Assembly (NCBI GenBank): GCA_946554525.1
Contig: CAMNSE010000003.1
Span: forward strand, 28,683-92,682
From: an uncultured Mycoplasma sp.
GTDB lineage: Bacteria; Bacillota_I; Bacilli_A; RF39; UBA660
DNA: 64,000 bases
Reading direction: 5' to 3'
In this document: piece after piece, positions 22,568 to 32,800 of the stretch
Position numbering within the stretch: the stretch's first letter is position 1
Layout of the letters: each line of letters starts with the position of its first letter
Position numbers and translations under genes: made by a program
Notes under the pieces: model-generated
The model's database searches: none
What the model was told of the DNA's origin: nothing
What the model saw: only the letters and a program-made list of their open reading frames with translations

Positions 22568-23427
22568 TGAAAGAGAAATTAAAGATAAGCATTCATAATT
22601 TCGTTAAAGTAATTACTAAACCAGAAATGGAAATCCTTCCTGGACATCTTGCTTTTTCTTTTGTTTTATCTATTGTTCCAACACTTACAATTTTAACGTT
22701 TGTAGCTTCTTTTTTTCATTTGTCTTTAGACTTTATTGGTGAATTTATATCAAATGCTTTTAGTAAAGACTTTACAAATTTGCTTTTAGGTACTAGTATG
22801 CAGGTACATATGGATCTTAATTTTATTGTAACTCTTGTAGTAGGTTATGTCTTAGCAAGTAATGGACCTGCCTCTGTAATTGTAAGTTCAAATACAATTT
22901 ATGGCATTAAAAATTCGGGATTTTTGAAAAGAAGATTTAAAGCCTTTATAATGGTCTTACTTATAATATTATTATTTGTATTTTTACTTATATTTGGGGT
23001 TTTTGGAAATAAAATTATAGAGATGTTACAATTAATGGAAATAAGTCAGAAAATAATAACAAATATTACTTTGATAGTTAGTGTTCTTAAAGGACCTATT
23101 TCTTGGTTTATTATTTTCTTATTCGTTAAACTTATTTATACTATGGCACCAGATAAAAAAATCCAAGCACATGAAGTAAATAAGGGAGCTATCTTTACTT
23201 CTATAGGGTTTGTTATTATAACTTATATTTATTCTATTTATACAACTCATTTTGCTAGATATGATGTGTTTTATGGAAACTTAGCAAGTATAGTAGTACT
23301 TATGATTTGGCTTTATTTGTTATCTTATATCTTTACGATTGGACTAGCACTTAATTACCGTGAGGAAGTTATTAGTTTAGAAAAAACTTTAGAGTTAAAT
23401 ATTACAGAAAATAAAAAACTATCTTAG
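22567..23427 (+). CDS. YihY/BrkB-family integral membrane protein
   Basis: 286 aa, six TM helices, family-like N-terminus. Call is by overall resemblance only. Confidence 0.5.
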   Translation: MKEKLKISIHNFVKVITKPEMEILPGHLAFSFVLSIVPTLTILTFVASFFHLSLDFIGEFISNAFSKDFTNLLLGTSMQVHMDLNFIVTLVVGYVLASNGPASVIVSSNTIYGIKNSGFLKRRFKAFIMVLLIILLFVFLLIFGVFGNKIIEMLQLMEISQKIITNITLIVSVLKGPISWFIIFLFVKLIYTMAPDKKIQAHEVNKGAIFTSIGFVIITYIYSIYTTHFARYDVFYGNLASIVVLMIWLYLLSYIFTIGLALNYREEVISLEKTLELNITENKKLS

Positions 23428-23451
23428 TTTAATTGCTAGATAGTTTTTTTA

Positions 23452-25074
23452 TTATGATTCATTATTTTTTATTAAAACAGCATGGATAACTAATCTTTTT
23501 GCTCCGTTATCACTACAAGTTGAAAGAGTTAAGATTTTATCATCTTTATTTATTGGAACATTGAAGTTATGATAACTACGTTTTTTTAACATATCTATGA
23601 AATTTAAAAAATCATTATCGTCTTTAAAATTAACTCTTAAATAATCTGTAGTTTTGGGAACTCTGTAAATTGAGAAAATTCTAAATTGCATGTCATCATA
23701 TAAAGTATTATATGTAATAAGTTGATTTTCAGGATTAGTATACCAACTTTTATTAGCAGCTTTATATAAATTACCAAACATGACTCCTCCATAATAAACA
23801 TTATGTCCATATATAATATTATTTTTGCTTAGGTTCATAGCATCTGCTCGGTAATCCATAAATAGCCAGCCGCTTATACTGTTATTTTTATTAATATCAT
23901 GTGATAAATAATAATCATTATCTACAGTTTGAACAACGGGATACTCAATATTAATATTATTTATTTTGAGTTCCCCAATTACATCTTCATTTACTGATAA
24001 AAGAGCAGCAAGTTTTTCATTAGAAATTAGTTTTATTGAGTCCAGAGGCTTATTATTTTCTTCCGCTTCTTTTATATTCTCTTCTTGTTTCTTTTCAATA
24101 ATTTCAGCTGTATTTGTATCTTCTATTACTTTAGCTAGATTATCTTTTATTTTATTTACATCTTTAAAAGCTATATAATTGGATACTCCTATATATGTAA
24201 CAACAAGTATTACTAAACTAGAAATAATTAAGCCACATACTTTTAAAGTATTAGTTATTGTTTGTTTGAAAATATTTTTATCTAAATAATCTTTTGAGTA
24301 TTCTATGGATAACATTATTTGATATTTCTTTTTGTAATTTTTATTTATTTTTCTTAAATGCTCAGCTATTTTTTCATCTGTTAAGTTTTCATGAATTACA
24401 ATTTTAATATTTCTTTTGTTACATTTTATTAAAATGTTTAATACTTTATCTAGTTCCAAAATATCTAATTTGTTTAAATGCACAATTTTTAAATATTTAT
24501 TTATTTTACAAAAACTTTCTAAGTCTTTTATATCTTCTTGTGATAATGGAAGAATAATTCTAATATTGGTTTTATAATATATATTAGAATAGCGAATCAA
24601 ATTATTAGTTTCCATAAAATTACTAATATATAAAATTTCGCTTCGAGATTCACATGTAATGTTATTTTTGTCTAAAAGTTCAATCATAAATGGTTGAAGA
24701 GAGTAGCAACTAATGCTTTTAATATGTTTAATATTAATAATTTGTTCTATAATATTATAGGTGATAGCTTCATCTTCTTTAAAATAAATGCTTTCTATAC
24801 TAATAGCTTTCTTAAGAATATTTAAAACAATTGGAGCTAAATCCATTTTAGAAATAATGCAATTTTTAACTTGATATTGAATTGATAACTCTTTAATAAA
24901 AGATGATAAGATTTTATTATTTTCTTTAATATATATATCACTAAATATTAGTTCATTATTACTAATTATATTAGTATTAATTAAATCATTATTAATGGTA
25001 CTATTATTAGTTTTATAAGAAAATATAATGTTATTATTTTGAATATTAATTAAAATCTTTTTCACATTAGCCAC
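23452..25074 (-). CDS. srtB: Class B sortase with a long N-terminal cytoplasmic extension
   Basis: C-terminal about 200 aa carry IIYGHN, MFGNL and TLSTC (catalytic Cys), then a single TM (LKVCGLIISSLVILVVTYIGV). The first about 270 aa are an extra Leu/Ile/Asn-rich domain. Confidence 0.8.
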   Translation of the reverse strand: MANVKKILINIQNNNIIFSYKTNNSTINNDLINTNIISNNELIFSDIYIKENNKILSSFIKELSIQYQVKNCIISKMDLAPIVLNILKKAISIESIYFKEDEAITYNIIEQIINIKHIKSISCYSLQPFMIELLDKNNITCESRSEILYISNFMETNNLIRYSNIYYKTNIRIILPLSQEDIKDLESFCKINKYLKIVHLNKLDILELDKVLNILIKCNKRNIKIVIHENLTDEKIAEHLRKINKNYKKKYQIMLSIEYSKDYLDKNIFKQTITNTLKVCGLIISSLVILVVTYIGVSNYIAFKDVNKIKDNLAKVIEDTNTAEIIEKKQEENIKEAEENNKPLDSIKLISNEKLAALLSVNEDVIGELKINNINIEYPVVQTVDNDYYLSHDINKNNSISGWLFMDYRADAMNLSKNNIIYGHNVYYGGVMFGNLYKAANKSWYTNPENQLITYNTLYDDMQFRIFSIYRVPKTTDYLRVNFKDDNDFLNFIDMLKKRSYHNFNVPINKDDKILTLSTCSDNGAKRLVIHAVLIKNNES

Positions 25075-25246
25075 CTATTTTAATTTTAACATAAAATAAA
25101 AAATTTATCTACTATTTGCTTATTTTTACATATTGTTTTGTATAATTTGTCGTAATTTGCTAGAATTTTAAAAAAAACTCTTTTTTTTTTGCATTTTTAT
25201 GATATAATTGAAACATAATAATAGTAAAGTAAAGAGAGGTTTATTT

Positions 25247-25879
25247 ATGAAAAAATTAGTTGTATTATTAAGTTTAGCAGTAATGTTAGTTATGCCATTA
25301 AATGCAAATGCAGCATCATGGAGTGAAGAAAAGGTATTATCTAAAAATTCAATTTATGGAGAATTATCAGCAAGAGAAATGCCTTGGGAAGGAAATGATC
25401 CAACACAACTTGAAGTTTATATTACAAAAGCTAGTGAGTATATTTCTTTAACATTTACTGTTAATAACTTAAAAGATGTAAAGTTTATGGAAGCAGCAAA
25501 TATTACAGTTGTAAATAGTGACTTTAAAGATAATGTATTAACTGTATTATTAAAGACTAAAGATGGTAAAGCAATTACTAAGAAAACGGAAGTTGGTAGT
25601 GCAATGGGTTATCCAATTGATACTGAAAAAGGATGTAGTATTGCCGTTACTCCACAAACATTAGCCTGCGCTAAATTAGATAATATGTATTTTGATAAAA
25701 GTGGTAAAGCTATTACAGAAGAAGAATACAATGAAGTATGTTCAAATATTACAACTGAACCAGGAGACGATGTTCAAACTGGTAGTGTTATTCCTTATGT
25801 TGCAATTGCTGGTGGTCTAATTGCAATTGCTGGGGTTTACTTATATAGTAGAAGAACTAATAAAATGTATAAATTATAA
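25247..25879 (+). CDS. Cell-wall-anchored surface protein (sortase B-type substrate, DVQTG signal)
   Basis: Sec signal peptide (…PLNANA/AS). C-terminal DVQTG, then a hydrophobic stretch, then SRRTNK. Confidence 0.75.
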   Translation: MKKLVVLLSLAVMLVMPLNANAASWSEEKVLSKNSIYGELSAREMPWEGNDPTQLEVYITKASEYISLTFTVNNLKDVKFMEAANITVVNSDFKDNVLTVLLKTKDGKAITKKTEVGSAMGYPIDTEKGCSIAVTPQTLACAKLDNMYFDKSGKAITEEEYNEVCSNITTEPGDDVQTGSVIPYVAIAGGLIAIAGVYLYSRRTNKMYKL

Positions 25880-25885
25880 AAATTT

Positions 25886-25910
25886 AAAGAGCGTATGCTC
25901 TTTTTCTTTT
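25886..25910 (+). terminator. Rho-independent terminator
   Basis: AAAGAGC-GTAT-GCTCTTT followed by Ts. Confidence 0.75.
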
Positions 25911-25988
25911 GGCTAAAAATAGATAAAAAATGTTTGCTAATTTATTTTATTTATGCTATATTTATTAGAAAGAAGGAGTGAAGCGCTA

Positions 25989-27470
25989 ATGCGAGAATTT
26001 ACAGAACAAGAAATGGTTAGAAGAGGAAAATTAGATGTCATTAAAGAACGTGGGATTGATCCATTTGGCCATAAATATAATGTGACAGCTTTTTCATCTG
26101 ACTTAAAAAATAAATACGCAGGGCTTACTCATGAAGAGTTAGAAAACTTAAAATTAGAGGTAAGTGTTGCTGGGCGAATTATGTTTATTAGAAAAATGGG
26201 AAAAGCTAGTTTTTTCTCAATTAAAGATAAGCTTGGTAATATTCAAATCTATATTTCGATTAATGATATTGGAGAAGAAGATTATAGTTTATTTAAAAGC
26301 GCAGATTTAGGAGATATTGTAGGAGTAAAAGGAACTCTTATGATGACTGGTACTGGAGAGTTAACAATTAAATGTAAGGAATATACCCATTTAGTAAAAG
26401 CTTTAAGACCTCTTCCTGAGAAGTTTCATGGTTTAAGCGATGTTGAAGAAAGATATAGAAGACGTTATGTTGATTTAATTATGAATGATGATGCAAGAAG
26501 AGTTGCTTTTGCTAGGCCTAAAATTATTCGCTCTATTCAACACTATCTTGATAATCTTGGATATGTTGAAGTTGAAACTCCTATTTTAGGAACAATTTTA
26601 GGAGGAGCTGCGGCAAGACCTTTTATTACTCATCATAATACTCAAAATATTGATATGTATTTAAGAATTGCAACAGAACTTAATTTAAAAAGACTGCTAG
26701 TAGGTGGTATGGATGCTGTTTATGAAATAGGCAGAATTTTTAGAAATGAAGGAATGGATAAAAAACATAATCCAGAATTTACAACAATCGAACTTTATAA
26801 AGCATTTTCAGATTTAGAAGGTATGATGGATATTACTGAGGGAATAGTAAGTACTTGTGCTTTTAATTTAAATGGAACTTATGAAGTTGATTTTGGAGGT
26901 CATCATATATCACTTGCACCAGGATTTAAAAGAGCTCATATGGTAGATTTAATTAAAGAACAAACAGGAGTTGATTTCTTTTTAGTGGATAGCCTAGAAG
27001 AAGCAAAGCGCCTTGCAGAAGAACATAATATTGAAGTTGAAGAACATTTTGAATTTGGCCATATTGTAAATGCCTTTTTTGAAAAATATGTTGAAGAGAC
27101 TATTATAGAACCAACATTTGTATATGGTCATCCAGTAGAAATCAGTCCACTTGCTAAAAAGAATGCAGAAGATCCTCGATTTACTGAAAGATTTGAACTA
27201 TTTATTATTGGCTGTGAGTATGCAAATGCTTTTACTGAATTAAATGACCCAATTGATCAATATGAAAGATTTGAATCTCAGTTAAAAGAAAAAGAATTAG
27301 GAAATGAAGAAGCTAATGATATGGATATAGACTTTGTTGAAGCATTAGAATATGGTATGCCCCCTGCTGGTGGTATGGGAATGGGAATCGATAGGCTAGT
27401 AATGCTCCTTACTAATAGCGAAACGATACGTGAAGTAATTTTATTCCCAACAATGAAACCTAGAGATTAA
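25989..27470 (+). CDS. lysS: Lysine--tRNA ligase (class II)
   Basis: OB anticodon-binding domain followed by class II motifs (FRNEG, ...[15 protein letters not shown]). Start at ATG 25989 after GAAGGAG. Confidence 0.95.
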   Translation: MREFTEQEMVRRGKLDVIKERGIDPFGHKYNVTAFSSDLKNKYAGLTHEELENLKLEVSVAGRIMFIRKMGKASFFSIKDKLGNIQIYISINDIGEEDYSLFKSADLGDIVGVKGTLMMTGTGELTIKCKEYTHLVKALRPLPEKFHGLSDVEERYRRRYVDLIMNDDARRVAFARPKIIRSIQHYLDNLGYVEVETPILGTILGGAAARPFITHHNTQNIDMYLRIATELNLKRLLVGGMDAVYEIGRIFRNEGMDKKHNPEFTTIELYKAFSDLEGMMDITEGIVSTCAFNLNGTYEVDFGGHHISLAPGFKRAHMVDLIKEQTGVDFFLVDSLEEAKRLAEEHNIEVEEHFEFGHIVNAFFEKYVEETIIEPTFVYGHPVEISPLAKKNAEDPRFTERFELFIIGCEYANAFTELNDPIDQYERFESQLKEKELGNEEANDMDIDFVEALEYGMPPAGGMGMGIDRLVMLLTNSETIREVILFPTMKPRD

Positions 27471-27500
27471 AAGTTATTCTTAAGAATAACTTTTTCTTTT
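27469..27500 (+). terminator. Rho-independent terminator after lysS
   Basis: Palindrome AAAGTTATTCTTAAGAATAACTTT followed by Ts. Confidence 0.75.
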
Positions 27501-27579
27501 TAAAAAAATTATAAAAAATATAATTTTTAATTTTTATTTATATTGTTTTGTGCTATAATTAAATAGTAGGAGGAGAAAT

Positions 27580-28995
27580 ATGAAGAAAAAAGAAAAAAAA
27601 TATGGTTTGTTAAAATGCGTGCTTGTATTGGTATTAGTAGCAATCATTTTATCTTGGCTAATTCCTAATGGTGGATTTAGTGGTGGATCATTTGTTGAAG
27701 ATGGAATGAAAAGAATAGGATTAAATGATTTAGCTTGGATTGTTCATTATGCAATTTATATTGCTCTTGATAAGATCATTTTATTATTAGCTGTTGGTGG
27801 ATTATATGGGGTATTAAGTAAAATTCCAGCATATGACAGAATAGTTGAGGCACTTGCAAAATGTTTTAGTAAACATAAAAAGTTAACTGTAGTAATATTA
27901 TCAATAATTATTGCAGCGTTAACTAGTTTATTAACTCAAAGCTTTGCACTTATAATCTTTATTCCATTTATTATTGCTATTTTAAGTAGAATGAAACTAG
28001 ATAAAATGACAATACTTGCTACAACTTTTGGTTCTATGTTAGTAGGTGTGTTAGGAGCTACTTATGGAACAGAAGGTCTTCAAGTATTTGACGATGTTCG
28101 TTATATGGGTGGAATTAATAGTGCAAGCGTATTTGTTCGTGCTGGCATATTAGTAATTGGATTAGTATTATTTAATTTCTTTACTTTAAGTCATATGGAT
28201 AAGAAAGCAAAAAAGGCAGAATCAGTAACTTTCTTTGATATTGAAGTAGAAAAAGAAGAAAAGAAAAAATCAATTATTCCATTAGTAATTATGGGTATTA
28301 TTACTTTTGTATTAGTAATTCTTGCATTTACTAATTGGAATGGATTTGGAATTGAAGTTTTTGATAAATTCCATGAATTAATAACAGAAAAAGTAAAAAT
28401 TGGAGAAGATTTCTTTATTTTAAAAGATGTTCTAGGTTCAAGTATGTATGCTCTTGGAACTTGGGATTTATTCTCAATTAGTTCATTTATCTTAATTTTT
28501 ACAATTATAATTGGTTTATGTTATCGTGTTAAATTTAATGATTTTGTTGCTAATTTTGCAAATGGAATTAAAAAAATGGCAAAACCAATTTTAGTAGTAT
28601 TTGGAGCTTTCTCATTATTCGTAGTTGTTTATATGAGTCCATATGTTGCTACTATTGCAAATAAGATTCTTGGATTAACAAAAGAATTTAATATTGCAAC
28701 AACAAGCATAACTGCAATTATTGCAAATATATTCCATACAGATTTAGGATATACTGGATTTACACTAGCATCAGTTTTAACTACAAATTATGAAAGTAGT
28801 ATAAATGTTATTTATACAATATTTACATCTTTATATGGATTTGTACAATTCTTTATTCCAACAAGTATCGTTTTAGGTATTGGTCTAGTATCACTTGATG
28901 TTAAATACAAAGAGTGGCTAAAATATATCTGGAGATTCTTACTTGGAATGTTAGTATGCTTAATTGTTGTCTTCATTTTGATGACACTAATTTAA
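27580..28995 (+). CDS. Polytopic membrane transporter (YfcC / C4-dicarboxylate anaerobic carrier-like)
   Basis: 471 aa with more than 10 TM helices. N-terminus resembles the YfcC family. Family assignment is tentative. Confidence 0.45.
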   Translation: MKKKEKKYGLLKCVLVLVLVAIILSWLIPNGGFSGGSFVEDGMKRIGLNDLAWIVHYAIYIALDKIILLLAVGGLYGVLSKIPAYDRIVEALAKCFSKHKKLTVVILSIIIAALTSLLTQSFALIIFIPFIIAILSRMKLDKMTILATTFGSMLVGVLGATYGTEGLQVFDDVRYMGGINSASVFVRAGILVIGLVLFNFFTLSHMDKKAKKAESVTFFDIEVEKEEKKKSIIPLVIMGIITFVLVILAFTNWNGFGIEVFDKFHELITEKVKIGEDFFILKDVLGSSMYALGTWDLFSISSFILIFTIIIGLCYRVKFNDFVANFANGIKKMAKPILVVFGAFSLFVVVYMSPYVATIANKILGLTKEFNIATTSITAIIANIFHTDLGYTGFTLASVLTTNYESSINVIYTIFTSLYGFVQFFIPTSIVLGIGLVSLDVKYKEWLKYIWRFLLGMLVCLIVVFILMTLI

Positions 28996-29022
28996 GAAGC
29001 TTTTATAAAGCTTCTTTTTTTA
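28994..29022 (+). terminator. Rho-independent terminator
   Basis: AAGAAGCTT-loop-AAGCTTCTT followed by T7. Confidence 0.75.
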
Positions 29023-29041
29023 TATTTATTAAGTGTAATGA

Positions 29042-29070
29042 TTGATTTAGATAAAGAAATATGGTAATAT
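29042..29070 (+). promoter_or_regulatory. Putative sigma-A promoter of module 1
   Basis: TTGATT, 17 nt spacer, TGG-TAATAT (extended -10). Confidence 0.45.
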
Positions 29071-29094
29071 TTTATTATAGAGGATATGGTAGAA

Positions 29095-29862
29095 ATGAAA
29101 TATATAAAGTGTTGTTTTTTAGCTTTTGCTTTATTTTTAATTAATGTGAACTCTGTTTTTGGAGAATGTAGTACAGAAGAGATGAATAAATTAAATAGCT
29201 TAGCAGTTAATGTAAATGTTGATAAGGAAGAAATGATTGGAGTTTTAGATAAAGGAGAATATAGTCCTCCTGATGGTTTAACCAAAGAAGAAGCCGAAAA
29301 TTATGTTGCTACTTATTCTTTTTTTCGAATTTATATTCGAAATATAACTGAAGATTTATATATTAAAGTATATAATCATGTCACCGAAGAAACAAATACT
29401 TATACTTATCAAGATAGCGAAGATGGAACTATTTATTTTGATCGTAAGTATATTAGAAATCTTGGAGAATACACAATCACAATTTATAGTTCAGATAAGA
29501 CGGGATGTGCGGATATAAAACTAAGGTCGATTCCTGTTACAACACCTTGGTTTAATGAATATAGTACATTAAATTTATGTAGTGGAGCTGAAGAGTTTTA
29601 TTTATGCCATAGATTTTTAACTGTGGAAAATGTTGATTTCAGTAAATTCACTGAATTAGTAACAAAATATAAAAATGGTAAAGTAAATAAAGAAGGAGAA
29701 GAAATAGAAGAGACGCCAGAAAAAAAGAAAGATTCTTGGGAAGAGTTTTATAAGAAATATAAAGTCTTTATTATATCTGGTTTAATAGTTTTAGTAATAG
29801 GTGGGGTAAGTACTGGCATTGTGAAAAAGAAGAATAGGAGTAAAAAGAATGCAAAAGAATAA
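29095..29862 (+). CDS. Module 1 gene A: type-I membrane protein (signal peptide, 4 conserved Cys, C-terminal TM anchor)
   Basis: Signal peptide ...NSVFG/EC and C-terminal TM plus KKKNRSKKNAKE. Paralogue of 34275..35021. Its 3' end overlaps the next gene by 14 nt. Confidence 0.75.
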   Translation: MKYIKCCFLAFALFLINVNSVFGECSTEEMNKLNSLAVNVNVDKEEMIGVLDKGEYSPPDGLTKEEAENYVATYSFFRIYIRNITEDLYIKVYNHVTEETNTYTYQDSEDGTIYFDRKYIRNLGEYTITIYSSDKTGCADIKLRSIPVTTPWFNEYSTLNLCSGAEEFYLCHRFLTVENVDFSKFTELVTKYKNGKVNKEGEEIEETPEKKKDSWEEFYKKYKVFIISGLIVLVIGGVSTGIVKKKNRSKKNAKE

Positions 29863-32800
29863 GAAAGTAGTTTTGTTATGTATCACTTTATTTGTATCTC
29901 TATTTAGCTTTAATAATTTTGTTAGTGCCTCTCAAACAAAAGAAACAAAAGAGAGTGGTGTAATTGTAGCTGATAATGAAAAACTTGAAAAAGCCACTAA
30001 AATTAATCAAACTCATACAGATTATAATCTTCACTATTATGGAATGAATATATCTAAAAATGGCAATATTATAACTTCAGATCAAACATCTAATTATTTA
30101 TATGAGCACCATTATAATACTAATAAAACTAATGAAACAAAAAATATATTTTGCTTAGATGCCATAAAGAAAGGAACACAAGAATTATATGCTATTCGTT
30201 TCTTAATGGATGCTGAAAATCATGATTCAGTTAGTGCATATGATGCTGCTATTATGAGTGTTCTTACCGCTGAGGCTACATATACTCACAAAAGTATTGC
30301 AATTAGAGCTATATCATTTTTATGGAATTATAATAAAACAGAAGCTGGATATAATCTTTCACAAGATGTAAAAGATTTAGTTGAGGCTTATAGTGGTCAG
30401 GTGTTTAAATGGATTAATGAAGATCAAGATATACAAGGCCTTTATTTAGAACTATATAAAAAAATAGATAAAACAAGAGATAAAGAATTGCCAAATGTTA
30501 ATATTTCAAATGGTGATATTTATGATTTTGATGGTAATAAAATAGCAAATAATGGCTATCATTTTGATTATAATAAAAATGTAGATGGAATAAGTGAAAA
30601 TAATACAATTATACCAGCCAGAAATTTATTTGCATGGGCTTTAAGAGATGCCCTAAATTATTTGAATAGTAAAGAAAAAGCAAATGTAAAAGAGGGAGTT
30701 ACTTCTTCAAGTGTTGTGAATGTTGAAAAACAAGGAGAGCAAGATTTAGTGTCAGGGGTTATTACACATAATTTTGTACTTAAAGAATTTACAAACGATG
30801 ATAAAGCTTCTTTTATGATTAGTAATTTAAAATATAAGTATACATATAAAGGAGTAGAGTCTGGTGTTCCTGTTGTTGATAGTATTACTATTAAAAATGG
30901 AAGTAATACTACAAAGTTTACAAAAGAGAATTATAATGGAAGTTTTTTAAATGTTAATTTATTAGATAGCAGTAAATTTAATATTCCAGCACTTGATTAT
31001 TCTAAAGAAATTACAATTAGTGTTGGTGTTAAAATCGCAGGATATAAAGCAGTTGAAGGTGCAACTCCAACTAAAGAGACGCTTAAATGTTCTAATGGAA
31101 CGCTAGAATATCAATTCGATTATACATGGCAAGATAGTTCATTGAAAGCTTTTAATAAGTTTGATAATTATGTAGGAATTGTTTGGTATGGAACTTTAGC
31201 TGGTGGAGAGGCTACAGACACAGGTAACCAACGGTTTATAAGTGTAGAAACAAATGCCAATGCTAGTTCTAGTTCACCTAATTCTAATTCTAACAGTAAT
31301 AGAGCTAAAGGTTCTTATACATTTGATTTAGGATGTGATAGTTGTAATACTTTAATTTCGAAATGTAATGGAAATGATAGTGAGGCATGTTCTATGTTAG
31401 CCGAAAGAAGCGATTGTGGATGTGAAGCTTATCAAACTTTATGTAATAAAGGCGACGATGCTATGTGTACTAAATTAGATGAAGATCCAGCTTGCTTACC
31501 AGCTACATGTGGAACAGAAGTCGTAGGAAACTTTCAATGTTGTGATTTAGAAGATAATATTTTATTAGTAGAAACAAAAAATAAAGAAATAAATATAAAT
31601 GGACCTCAAAACGTAGTTAGTTGTTTTGTAAATCAAGTTGATAGCCGTCGTACATCAGGAACAGATGAAGGCATTATAAATGATGAAGCGGGGAATAGCT
31701 ATGTTATGCTAAATAATCGTTATTGTACTGTATCATGTAAAGAAGATTATGTTTTATCAATGCCAAGCAGTAAAAAAGTAAATGCCAGTGGATACTTTAC
31801 ATTTGATATGTCTATTAAAGGTACAAAATCTTGTTATACTAACACCATAGATAAAAATGAAACTTTTATGGATGATGTAAGAGATGCTGAGGCTGCGGTT
31901 AAAGAGGCTTCTGATGTTTATAATGCAGTTATACTTATTAGAAATGCTGCTAAAAGTAGTGAATTTTCTAAAACAAGTGAAACACATACTGGGAGTACCG
32001 ATTATAGTTACAGTTGCACGAAAACAAGAATAGTAACGGGTACAGATTGCTCTGATAGAAGCGACTGTTATCGCAAATGTAAAAATAGTCCTAATCAAAC
32101 TGAATGCGGAGATGCGTGCGATGAAATAAAATGTAAACCAACAACCACTACCGAAACCTATACTGGTACCTGTGATGATGGAACATGTTCAAATACTCCT
32201 ACATCAGGCACTGGATACTCATTTGCTGCATATGGAGGAACATATTATTATGGTGTTAAAAGTATAAGTGGGCCAAATAATCATGGTAGTAGTTCAACAA
32301 GTAGCTCTTGTACTTGGTCTAAAAATTATTATACTACTCCAGCTTTATCTTATAGTAATACTTTCAATAAAAAAAGTTATAATAGGACTTCTAGCTATAC
32401 ACTTACAAGTGCTGAGTCTTATGATGATATTGTATCTGATGCATATAACGTATTAATTGCAGCTAATGAAAGACTAGAAAATATTATAAATGATTATGAA
32501 AAGTGTAGTACATTTACTAATAAATATGAGTATAAACCAGTTATAAATTACAGCTATTATGTTGATAAGGTAAAAACAATAAAAGGAGACATGGGACTTG
32601 TAGATTCTAATTCTAATAAAAAAGATGGTGAAAATGCAGAAGAATGGTATTGTACAACTTCGCTTACTAATGGATATGGACCTGGTAATTGTCGTGGTAT
32701 AAATAATGAATCAACTAGTATGCCAACACGTACAATTAGAGTATTTAAGTGTTCAATTACTTCTAATGATCCTACTTGTATAAATCAAGATGTAGAAATA

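Noticed and set aside
25880-25988. T-box leader upstream of lysS
   Set aside because: Only about 80 nt remain between the preceding terminator and the RBS. That is too short for a T-box (about 200 nt), and no T-box consensus (AGGGTGGNACCGCG-like) was seen.
28992-29285. 97-aa minus-strand ORF spanning the intergenic region and the start of module-1 gene A
   Set aside because: It covers a terminator, a plausible promoter and the signal-peptide region of the plus-strand gene. It has no RBS and a low-complexity translation.
30150-30340. Thioester-domain (TQXA) like pattern at the N-terminus of the giants: (F/Y)CLD … KSIAIR(A/S)IS.LW
   Set aside because: The position corresponding to the reactive Gln is Arg in both paralogues. 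The Cys-to-motif distance (about 50 aa) is much shorter than in known thioester domains (about 150 aa). The resemblance is probably superficial.
31757-32456. ORFs 31757..32098(-) and 32268..32456(+) inside giant gene B, and likewise 35192..35392(-), 35675..35884(+) and 38066..38281(-) inside giant gene B'
   Set aside because: They are embedded in long, well-supported CDSs in other frames. They have low-complexity Ile/Leu/Tyr-rich translations typical of AT-rich shadow ORFs, and no RBS.
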